Shown here piece after piece: positions 39,801-47,243 of a DNA stretch of 64,000 nucleotides. The notes under the pieces were generated by a model that saw only the letters and a program-made list of their open reading frames with translations, searched no databases and was not told the origin of the DNA. Each line of letters starts with the position of its first letter. Within the stretch, counting starts at the first letter, position 1. Origin of the DNA: Candidatus Eiseniibacteriota bacterium (lineage in GTDB: Bacteria > Eisenbacteria > RBG-16-71-46); assembly GCA_036505355.1 (NCBI GenBank), contig DASXTP010000105.1:2613-66612 (forward strand). Direction: 5' to 3'. The position numbers were made by a program, and so were the translations under genes.

Positions 39801-40362
39801 GCAGCGCCTCCAGGTGAGCCAAGCAGAAGGTCCGGTTGTGAGGTGGCCGATCGATCGGCGGCGCCAGCGTGTCGGGTCCCGAGAGGTCGAAACGGCCGTC
39901 CCCGGTCGAGCGGTCTCCGTCACGATCGGCCCGAAAGTCGATACGCAGGAACGCGACCCGTATCGTGTCGGGCGGGCCCAAGGTGCTCGCCACCGCCATC
40001 TCCGGGGTGCCTTGCCCGGTCCCCGCTTCCGTGGTTGTTGCCGGGCTCCTCGAGCGGGCGGCGGTGGGAAGGTGCGGATTGCGGGCCGGAGTAGCGGGCG
40101 GCGTCCATTCGCGGCGGCGGTTGGCACGCGCCGACCAGTCCACCGCGGGCGGGCTCAGGAAGTGGCGAAGGCGTCGCCAGCGCTCGAGCCGGGCTGCCGA
40201 GAGCCGCCTCGCCTCCTCGAGCACCCGGGGCTCGAGCTGGCCGCGGGCGGCGTCCGAGGATCGCAACCGGCGAACAACGAGACGGCCGGAGGAGGACGCC
40301 TCACTCTCTCCGGCCAGCGACAGGATCAGAACGATGCCAACTGCCAGATACCGTCCGCCCAA
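36895..40362 (-). CDS. secreted M6 (immune-inhibitor-A-like) zinc metalloprotease with FG-GAP/VCBS-type repeats and T9SS-type C-terminal sorting domain
   Basis: Signal peptide. HENGHNLFG HExxH zinc motif. Repeated DxDGDG calcium-binding-like turns (DLDGDRSLEV, DVDGDGRGEV, DLDRDGTVEI). C-terminal ~90 aa KVFPNPARRRPVAFAYQLSEPADVEFKILDTSGHEVASFR...AGLYLARLKF...MTVGLIR match the Por-secretion (type A) sorting domain. Confidence 0.75.
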   Translation of the reverse strand: MGGRYLAVGIVLILSLAGESEASSSGRLVVRRLRSSDAARGQLEPRVLEEARRLSAARLERWRRLRHFLSPPAVDWSARANRRREWTPPATPARNPHLPTAARSRSPATTTEAGTGQGTPEMAVASTLGPPDTIRVAFLRIDFRADRDGDRSTGDGRFDLSGPDTLAPPIDRPPHNRTFCLAHLEALRRFYDAQSYGRTVIEGDVWPRSETQAYSVSDMADFGPWDATVDLYAAAVHMFRTMMFAADSQSIVLGDRIPWDAYDRFMIIHAGSDAQSDVRFDSPLDIPSFTVGLDDTNVVIFPDSTNRLRPIDRCAFVPETEIQDGFYSALNGVIAHENGHNLFGMYDVYDVNSGYPVTGLWSLMDAGNLAGSLVELRDGSVIFATGLLPPSVDPFQRFFTTDTLDFVEPSWGDTMAVTDIERHPDVRRVFLSSDEYLLLENRHLAPADTVDLDQDMTTRVVLGPKRPDRFEYDALLPGGGMVVWHIDASVIPFTTALRVNPDYGFNSNPARRGETVIEADGLGDLGDISSPFVLGSPFDPYFRSNNPSLSDSTTPNLSPHIGTRPHVRLDFLDDPGPVMRFSASRTWQLAGWPAAGDFPPGGPVLLATDLDGDRSLEVCWAGGAIDSPDSAALFAVRVSGRGVRDSTAAFAHLDRRPRAVMAALPLGEPGVPGQPLRGPSYFAVTTFPDGPDTSFAGGRVWLVDSAGAALPGWPPPLPSIVTTPPVIAGFSPNATVYVGCADGHVYALRLDGSIRAVSGLALAGGVSGRLAVDPNPVGAPPGMARIAAGGGEGDVAALDDDPSGPFGGGFNVAGDWPQRLGGAGFEPDFLWLDFDGRGRPATEGATCGSGERTLIAHYADRLWAFCPVGNLLPGWGRALGDTLVASLGAGDPDGDGYAEVLTQSTTSRVAFWNQSGYPSPGWPRRATHESLRTDSPPLLVDVDGDGRGEVVAMNGSGIVAALTASGGQPTGWPLASGSGVVGSPVAADLDRDGTVEIVVPDRAVTDSLRDVENSRFGSLYAYSLPTPLADPIASAWTMVGGDPGRTSTLDLVRTAAAGPPSAGPLVRGSLKVFPNPARRRPVAFAYQLSEPADVEFKILDTSGHEVASFRRAGRRADNLEVWDPGEVPAGLYLARLKFRSAGSEQSEVMTVGLIR

Positions 40363-40389
40363 GAGGGGTACCGGTTGCGAGGGCGTCCG

Positions 40390-41337
40390 CTAGAAGCGGT
40401 AACCGAGCGTGAGCTTCTTCACGTACCCGAGACCCGAGTCCTTGGCCTCCGGGATGCTGCCCAAGTCCAGGTTCAGGCCCTTGAAGGTCACCCCGATCCC
40501 ATACGTGAAGTCGCTGATATCCCCCAGCGGATCCTCGTACCATCCGATGCGGCCGGCCAACTGATCCGCATACCGTAGCTCGAGCCCACCGTTGTAGGTG
40601 CGGAAGTCGTTGGTGACCAGCGATTGGTTGAAATCGCCGACCATCAGGGCTCCATAGTTCTTGTTCGAATAGGCCTCCCACGCGAACCCGGCCTTGATGT
40701 TCCGGCCCAGCGGATCCGCCTTGTCCGCGTCGACGAACGCCACGCTGGGGCCCAGGTTCTGCACGTTCATTCCGAGGCTGAGCCGTGCCGCCGGGATCCG
40801 GTAGAGGCTCGCCAGATCGAGCCCGAACGTCGCGCCCACGCCCCCCGGATTGTCCGGATCGAGCTGGATGCGGATGTACTTGAGCGAGGCGCCGAGCGCG
40901 AACTCGGGAAGGATCTGCGTCCCGTAGTAGAGGGCGGGCGAGAACTCGTTGGAGCCGAACGTGCCCTGGGGGTCTCCGGTCTGGCCGGTCCGGTCGCTCT
41001 GCCCATAGGAAAGGAACACCACGCCGAGCCCGAGCGCCCCCCACCCCTGCACCGGGTGGACGTAGGTGAGGTAGTTGTAGCTCACGTCGCTCGCCAGGCT
41101 GGGGACGAGCTGCGCGTAGGTCAGCTCGACCGCTTTGCGATTCACGAAGCCGAGGGCGGCCGGGTTCCACCACGTCGCACCGGTCGGATCGTCGGCCACG
41201 GCCACCCCGGCGGCCCCCATCCCGTTCTGTCGGCCCCCGGGCTGGATATCGAGAGATCGGCCGGTGCCCTGGGCCCCAGCCGAAGAGGCCAGGATCAAGC
41301 CCAGGAGCACGACCAAGAGATTGCGCAAGAACCGCAT
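40390..41337 (-). CDS. porV: PorV/PorQ-family outer-membrane beta-barrel protein (FadL-like; T9SS cargo shuttle homolog)
   Basis: Signal peptide MRFLRNLLVVLLGLILASSAGAQG. N-terminal GGRQNGMGAAGVAVADDPTGATWWNPAALGF matches the PorV signature (GMGGAGVA...NPA). Ends ...LTLGYRF. Located directly downstream of the porU-like gene, as in Bacteroidota. Confidence 0.7.
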   Translation of the reverse strand: MRFLRNLLVVLLGLILASSAGAQGTGRSLDIQPGGRQNGMGAAGVAVADDPTGATWWNPAALGFVNRKAVELTYAQLVPSLASDVSYNYLTYVHPVQGWGALGLGVVFLSYGQSDRTGQTGDPQGTFGSNEFSPALYYGTQILPEFALGASLKYIRIQLDPDNPGGVGATFGLDLASLYRIPAARLSLGMNVQNLGPSVAFVDADKADPLGRNIKAGFAWEAYSNKNYGALMVGDFNQSLVTNDFRTYNGGLELRYADQLAGRIGWYEDPLGDISDFTYGIGVTFKGLNLDLGSIPEAKDSGLGYVKKLTLGYRF

Positions 41338-41441
41338 ACGAGCTCCTCCGGACACGCTACCAGCCCCTGTCCCAGTTGGATGAAACATACTACACCGGGC
41401 CGGGCCCCGAGGCTCCAAGGTTTTTTCCCGAGCCGAGTTGG

Positions 41442-44400
41442 CTAGCGATTGACGATCACGAACCGCCCTTCCGCGTGGGCCTTCTGGCGGTCACTGCTGG
41501 TCCCATTCGGGGCCCGCGGATTGACGTGCACGCGGAACAGGTAGACGCCGTTGGCGAGCACTCCACCCTCGTCGTCCCGCCCATCCCATGGGATCTGCAC
41601 CTGCCCCAGACCACCCAGCGCCTCCAAGGTCCGGACCAGTCGTCCCGACACCGTGTAGATCCGGAGCAGCACGTTGACCGAATCGCCCGGCGCATCCACC
41701 ACGAAGCTCCCTCCGGCACCCGGGCCTCTCGAAGCGGTGGGGTTGGGGAACAGCAGGGCCCGCTCGACCTTGAGCCCGGGATTGTCGGACACCTCGAAGT
41801 CGATGACGGCGGTGGAGCGGTGTTCCGCGGCGGCGATCCCGAACGCGAGATTGTCGGCGGCGCTCACGACGATGCGGTGGGGCCCGGAGCTCAGTCCGGG
41901 CAACTGGTAGGTGGCGGTGCCGGACTGGTACGAATCGGCTGCGTAGCGGAAGCTCGAGGTGATCTCCTGGCGCTGTCTCGAGCTCCCGTCGGTGGTGACG
42001 ACGATTCCGTTCTGCGGTTTGTGGCCGGTGATCAAAATCCCGTTCGGATCGAACAGGTCAACACGCAACACCGCGGTCGGTCGCACCGAGCGGGCGTTCC
42101 CCGGGAACGAGAGCGTGATGTGTGGGCCTTCACGGTCGTCGGCAGGCGGCGTGCCGACTGCGACCTCGAAGGGCAGACTGCCGGCGCCGTCCGAATCCGC
42201 CGGCGCGCCTTGGACGTAGGCGCGAGCCCGTGCGCGCGGACCGGCCACTCCATCCATGGGCACCACGAATCGGCCCTCGAACCGGCCGCCCGATAGGCGA
42301 ACGTCGCCACGGAACATCGGCGCCGCGCGAAACGGATACGTCTTGCAGACACCGAAGGCGCAGTCCGGGAGCGTGTCGACGGGCGCGGAATCCTCGATCA
42401 ACAGCGAGGCGCTGCCATCGAGCGGTATCGGCGCCCCCCCGGGCCGTTCGACCACCTGGCCACGGATCGTCAGGCGCCGCCCCCGGATCGCCTGACCCAC
42501 GGCGTTGCCAAACGAGTCCTCGAGCGCCACCTCGACGAACAGGCGCGGCAGGAGCAGGCGGGTCGCCGCGTCACCCATGAGCTGATACTTCTGGTTGTTG
42601 GTGCCGCCGGTCTTGGCAGCGAGCAGGGCCGTGCTGAGCGTGTTGAAATACTGACCACTGGCCGGCTCGCGCTCGAACACCTGGTGGAATAGCGCCTGGT
42701 TGAGCGAGGCGTTGATGTTGGTGAGCGCCAGCTCGGTGGCCGAAATCACGCCGATACAGCCACCGTTCGGATTGAGGATGAGCCGCTCCCCCAGGCTCTG
42801 CACCGTGGGGTCGTTGTACCGGCCGACGTCGCAGGAGGCGGCCACGAACACGCTCGGGCGCGTGGCGTTCACCATCCCTTCGGCATCGGTGTCGAGCAGC
42901 ACGCTCTCGTCGGCGATCTTGAACGGGCTGCCGTGGCCGATGAAATTGAACAACACCACCCCTTGGTTCACCTCGTTCAGGATGTCGTTCCGCGCGGCGG
43001 GCTTGGTGTCGTTTGGCCCGTCCGGGTAGCGGTGCAAGTACACATAACCGCGGTCGATATGGGCGGGCAGGGCGTCGCGGTCGAGGGCCGCGGTCTGCTC
43101 GACATGGAGCCAGGCGAGCGGGTCGGGGTCGGCGCCCGCCTTGTCGTCGTCGGCGATCAGCATCACGCGGTTGCGCCAGTCGCCGAGCGGCGCACCGCGT
43201 TCGTAGGCCACCAGCTTGCGCACGTAAGCCAGCGCCCCCGCCGCGTCGCGGGCCGGAATCCGACCACCCTGGAAGTCCGGGATCACCTGCGTCGGGTTGT
43301 CCACGTTGAGCAGCCAGTCATCGGTCGCGAACTGGCGCAGCACCAGGAAGTTGAGATCGAAGCCCCCCTCGTAGCTCGGCAGCAGCCCGGGCGAGAACCC
43401 GACCGGAGCACCTCCCTTGAAATTCTTGAAGTCGGAGGTGGCATCCCCGAGCAGGGTCACGAAGGTCGGCACCTTCCCCCAATGGAACGCCGCGTGCAGA
43501 AAGTTCCGGACCGCCCCGGGATCGGTACGGCCGCCGGAGAACTGGTCGTACACCGCCGACAGCGGCACCGAGACGGCCTCGTAGGGCGGATCCGATGCCA
43601 GCGGCAGGTGATCGCGGCGCCAGGCCAGCAGTTCTTGGGCGGCGAATTGCAGGCCGTCCAGGTAAATGATCAGGTAGTCGGCGCGGTGCGTGAGGTCGCG
43701 AAGGTTTTCGAGGCTCGAGCTGGGCGCGTCGAACACCTCGCTGTTCGGCAGCTTCACGATCCGCGACGCATCCGGCCAGTCAGTGACGATCCGGTATCGA
43801 CGAACCTCGCCTGCCCCGGCCTCAACCGGCCGAAAGCGTAGTCGCCACGCGCCCGGGCCGAGCTGATCGTAGCCGGGCGGAAGGACGGTGATTTCGATCG
43901 GTTCCAGAGGATTGGTGACATCGAACACCCGCGGCATCGAGTCGGGGCCCACGGTGAAGGGTCCGATCCGGTAGATGTCGTCGCCGGTCGTCGGCGGTGC
44001 CTCGAATTCGAGCTGGTTGCCTACCGGCTCGAAGCGCCGCTGATAGAAGAGGTCGAACCACGCCACCCCGACCCGGTCCACCCGCAGCGGGGCGAGCCGC
44101 GGATCGCGGTCGATGTAGTCCACCACCGTCATTTCCAGACGGGCGCCGCTCTCGGCCAGCCCGGTGAATGTGGTGTCGAACGTCTGGGCGCTCTGGAGCC
44201 CGGCACTGACATCGGCGCCGTTCCCGTTCCAGCCCCGGCGCGGGAAGCTCAACGACCCCAGGCGGACGTCCACATAGTGATCGAAGACTCCAGGACTCTT
44301 CGGGGTAGGCACGGCGGGCAGCTCCGGGAACGGCGGCAGGCCCCACAGCCGCAGCCTCAGCCGCGCCGGCTGGCTCGGATCGATCCCGGGGGCTGCAGCC

Positions 44401-45818
44401 TCCGGAGCGAAGGTTTGGCCGCGATTGAGGCTGGTCCAGAACCATTTCTCCCAGAACAGAGTGCTGCGCTGATAGCTGCCGTCGTCCTCAAGGCCCGTGA
44501 TCGGCGAGGCGGAGGGCCAATACTCGTTGTCCGCCTCGTGATGGAGGCGCTCCGGAAAGCTCAGGGGCGTCACGGCGACGGTCGTGTCCAGCAACGCCCG
44601 GGACCTGGACGCGATGCGCAGCGACGAGTCGGGCATCGGGTCTTCGGTCGTGGCGATCGTCAGGTAGTAGTAGTTGCGGGTCTCGTAGGGATGGTCGATG
44701 GAGGTCGTCTCGGGCTGGGAAGGGTCGTAGAAGTTCGCCCAGTCGCTGGGACCGAGGGCGAAGAAGTAGAAATACTCTTGGTTTTTGTTGAACTTCCCGT
44801 CGCCGTCTTCGACGAACTGGATGGCCACCTCCCGCAGGCCGCACGAGTCGCAGTAGCTGTCCTCGGGGAGGACCGGAAGTCCGGGCCAGGTGAAGAGCCT
44901 CAGACTGTCGAGGGGAGTGTTCAGGCTGTCGGCGAAGAGCTCGCTGTTCCGCACCTGGCCGAACTCGACCCGATAGAAGCCGGTCGTCGGGATGGCGATC
45001 TTCACCCACCGACGGCCGGCATAGAGGCTGGTATCGGGCACCACGCTCGCCATGCGCGGCGCGGCAGCCCGACTCGCCACCGGCGCGACCCGGGCCGGGC
45101 GCTCCGCCCCGCGCCAGGCCTTGCCCTGCTCGTAGTTGACCAGCACCGCACGGTACACGGACTCGAACGGGTCCGGAGGCGCAACCGGGCGACTTTCCTC
45201 GGTCCCGCCTTCCCATCGAACCTCGACCTCGACCCGGTGGTGGATGGTGAGGCGGCGATCGGCCGCGTCGTACTCCGCCGGGCGGACCGCGATGCGCGCG
45301 ACGCGCTGGTCCCTCATCCACGAGAGTCCGATCAAACGGGCGACCGAGGGTGGAGGACCGGTTGCGCGTCCGCCGGCGCCCCGCTCGCCGGTCGCAAGAG
45401 CCCAACCCGGCGTCGCTCCTCCGATCATCCCCTCCCCTCGCCCGGCCACGGAGGGGTTCGCGAGCAGGATGCCCTCGCGCACGTCGGTGGCGGCCACGCT
45501 GGCGGTGACTCGAACCGTCCCCTGAGGCGGCACGGCCACGCACAGCACCCGCTCCGGCAACCGCGATTCGCCCGGACCACCGCCTCGATCGTAACCTGGC
45601 AGCTCGAGCTGGAGCCCTTGGCCGGGAGACGGAACGGGCTCGAGTTGGGCCTCCGGGACGTCCACCAGCAGACGCACGCCCGTGGGAGAAGCGGCCAGCA
45701 GCCGCACGGCGCGGGGTTGGGCCTTGACCGTCGCAGGCGCCAGGCACAGCAGCACCAGGTGCGACCGCAGCGCGTGGCGCAGCCCCCGCCGGATCGACCA
45801 CGCCGGCCGAGGGCGCAC
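41442..45818 (-). CDS. porU: PorU-like C25 (gingipain-family) cysteine peptidase / T9SS sortase homolog with C-terminal sorting domain
   Basis: Signal peptide. C25 His/Cys dyad context (FNFIGHGSPF ... VFVAASCDVGRYND). Very large multi-Ig-like body. C-terminal LLFPNPTASRG...VLLRIYTVSGRLVRTL...GVYLFRVHV...GRFVIVNR sorting domain. Start (GTG 45818) uncertain. Confidence 0.65.
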   Translation of the reverse strand: MRPRPAWSIRRGLRHALRSHLVLLCLAPATVKAQPRAVRLLAASPTGVRLLVDVPEAQLEPVPSPGQGLQLELPGYDRGGGPGESRLPERVLCVAVPPQGTVRVTASVAATDVREGILLANPSVAGRGEGMIGGATPGWALATGERGAGGRATGPPPSVARLIGLSWMRDQRVARIAVRPAEYDAADRRLTIHHRVEVEVRWEGGTEESRPVAPPDPFESVYRAVLVNYEQGKAWRGAERPARVAPVASRAAAPRMASVVPDTSLYAGRRWVKIAIPTTGFYRVEFGQVRNSELFADSLNTPLDSLRLFTWPGLPVLPEDSYCDSCGLREVAIQFVEDGDGKFNKNQEYFYFFALGPSDWANFYDPSQPETTSIDHPYETRNYYYLTIATTEDPMPDSSLRIASRSRALLDTTVAVTPLSFPERLHHEADNEYWPSASPITGLEDDGSYQRSTLFWEKWFWTSLNRGQTFAPEAAAPGIDPSQPARLRLRLWGLPPFPELPAVPTPKSPGVFDHYVDVRLGSLSFPRRGWNGNGADVSAGLQSAQTFDTTFTGLAESGARLEMTVVDYIDRDPRLAPLRVDRVGVAWFDLFYQRRFEPVGNQLEFEAPPTTGDDIYRIGPFTVGPDSMPRVFDVTNPLEPIEITVLPPGYDQLGPGAWRLRFRPVEAGAGEVRRYRIVTDWPDASRIVKLPNSEVFDAPSSSLENLRDLTHRADYLIIYLDGLQFAAQELLAWRRDHLPLASDPPYEAVSVPLSAVYDQFSGGRTDPGAVRNFLHAAFHWGKVPTFVTLLGDATSDFKNFKGGAPVGFSPGLLPSYEGGFDLNFLVLRQFATDDWLLNVDNPTQVIPDFQGGRIPARDAAGALAYVRKLVAYERGAPLGDWRNRVMLIADDDKAGADPDPLAWLHVEQTAALDRDALPAHIDRGYVYLHRYPDGPNDTKPAARNDILNEVNQGVVLFNFIGHGSPFKIADESVLLDTDAEGMVNATRPSVFVAASCDVGRYNDPTVQSLGERLILNPNGGCIGVISATELALTNINASLNQALFHQVFEREPASGQYFNTLSTALLAAKTGGTNNQKYQLMGDAATRLLLPRLFVEVALEDSFGNAVGQAIRGRRLTIRGQVVERPGGAPIPLDGSASLLIEDSAPVDTLPDCAFGVCKTYPFRAAPMFRGDVRLSGGRFEGRFVVPMDGVAGPRARARAYVQGAPADSDGAGSLPFEVAVGTPPADDREGPHITLSFPGNARSVRPTAVLRVDLFDPNGILITGHKPQNGIVVTTDGSSRQRQEITSSFRYAADSYQSGTATYQLPGLSSGPHRIVVSAADNLAFGIAAAEHRSTAVIDFEVSDNPGLKVERALLFPNPTASRGPGAGGSFVVDAPGDSVNVLLRIYTVSGRLVRTLEALGGLGQVQIPWDGRDDEGGVLANGVYLFRVHVNPRAPNGTSSDRQKAHAEGRFVIVNR

Positions 45819-45835
45819 CGGTGAGGAGGGGCTCA

Positions 45836-46003
45836 GAACTTCTCGGCCTCCTCGATCAGGAAGTTCGGGATGTCGTCGACGACCTTGTACCGCAGCCGGC
45901 ACCGATGGCAGGTGAAGGTGTTGGCTTCGGCGCTGTACTCCAGGTCGCCCTTGCAGGCCGGACACACCAGCAACGCGAGCAGGTCAGGACTCAGGGCCAT
46001 GGG
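45836..46003 (-). CDS. UPF0434/Trm112-like zinc-ribbon protein (YcaR family)
   Basis: MALSPDLLALLVCPACKGDLEY...FTCHRCRLRYKVVDDIPNFLIEEAEKF: CPxC...CxxC ribbon with the conserved DGIP-like motif. 55 aa. Confidence 0.7.
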
Positions 46004-46104
46004 ACTCCTCGACGGCGAAGATTCGAGTGACCGCCGCGCGGCCGGTCACGGTGAACAAGGGGGTCACAAGGCGCTTGAAATCCTCTCCTCCGGCGGGCGC
46101 GGCA

Positions 46105-46235
46105 AAGTCAGGCCGTGTCTGAAAACGCCCGATCCCTGCGTTGGTTCGGTCATTCCTCGCTCGATGTGGCCCAAAGACCACGATCCCGCTCGTCTCTCCC
46201 TCGCACGCCTTGCGCTCGCGCGTTTTCAGACACAG
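46105..46235. repeat. ~130-bp repeated intergenic element, copy B, with 14-bp terminal inverted repeats
   Basis: GTGTCTGAAAACGC at the left end and GCGTTTTCAGACAC at the right end (perfect inverted repeat). Internal sequence about 80% identical to copy A (35037-35175). Lies ~100 nt upstream of the ycaR-like/porU operon. Confidence 0.6.
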
Positions 46236-46259
46236 CCTAGCCAGCCCCTCGGCCGAGGG

Positions 46260-47243
46260 TCAAGCCGACCCGGCGCCAGCCTCTCCTGATGACTCGCGAA
46301 ACACTCCGATACCCCGATATTTTCGCAGTCGCCCTTCGACCAGCTCATCACCGGATACACCGATCATGGCGTCCAGGTGCCGCACAACCGCCGCCCCGAG
46401 CGTAGCGGCCGCCGCCTCGGCATCCCGGTGGGCACCGCCCAGCGGCTCGGGCAGCACGCCGTCGACGACGCCCAACCGCGCCAGGTCGGACGCGGTGAGC
46501 TTGAGAGCCTCCGCCGCCAACGCGCCCTTCTTGCCATCCCGCCACAGGATCGAGGCACACCCTTCGGGCGAGATCACCGAATAGATCGAGTTCTCGAACA
46601 TCAGCACCCGATCCGCCACCGCAATCGCCAGCGCCCCGCCGGACCCTCCTTCGCCGACGATCACGGTCACGATCGGCACCGGCAGGCGAGCCATCTCCCG
46701 CAAGTTGACCGCGATCGCCTCGGCCTGGCCGCGCTCCTCGGCTCCCAGTCCCGGGTAGGCTCCCGGGGTGTCGACCAGGGTGACCACCGGCATGCGGAAT
46801 CGCGCCGCGGTCTGCATCAGTCGGAGCGCCTTGCGATAGCCCTCGGGGTTCGCCATGCCGAAGCGCCGCTGCAGGTTTTCCTTCGTGTCGCGGCCCTTCT
46901 GGTGTCCGATCACCATCACCGGTCGGCCGTCCAGGAACGCCGGGCCGCCCACCACCGCCGGATCGTCGGCGAAGTGCCGGTCGCCGTGCAGCTCCATCCA
47001 TCCCTGGAAACAGCGATCGATGTAGTCGAGCGCGTAGGGCCGCCGCGGGTGGCGGGCGAGCTGGACTCGTTGGTACGCAGTCAGGTTCGCGTAGATCTCG
47101 CGACGTAGGGCCTCGGCCTTGCGCTCGAGATCGTTGACCTCCGCGCGTGAGTCCAGGCCTCCTTCGGCGGCCTGGGTCTTGAGCTCCTCGATCTTCTGCT
47201 CGAGCTCGAGGACCGGCTTCTCGAAGTCCAGCCAGACCGTCAT
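46260..47243 (-). CDS. accA: acetyl-CoA carboxylase carboxyltransferase alpha subunit
   Basis: MTVWLDFEKPVLELEQKIEELK N-terminus, oxyanion-hole region ...GGSGGALAI..., typical 327-aa length. ATGA overlap with dnaE, the conserved dnaE-accA arrangement. Confidence 0.9.
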   Translation of the reverse strand: MTVWLDFEKPVLELEQKIEELKTQAAEGGLDSRAEVNDLERKAEALRREIYANLTAYQRVQLARHPRRPYALDYIDRCFQGWMELHGDRHFADDPAVVGGPAFLDGRPVMVIGHQKGRDTKENLQRRFGMANPEGYRKALRLMQTAARFRMPVVTLVDTPGAYPGLGAEERGQAEAIAVNLREMARLPVPIVTVIVGEGGSGGALAIAVADRVLMFENSIYSVISPEGCASILWRDGKKGALAAEALKLTASDLARLGVVDGVLPEPLGGAHRDAEAAAATLGAAVVRHLDAMIGVSGDELVEGRLRKYRGIGVFRESSGEAGAGSA

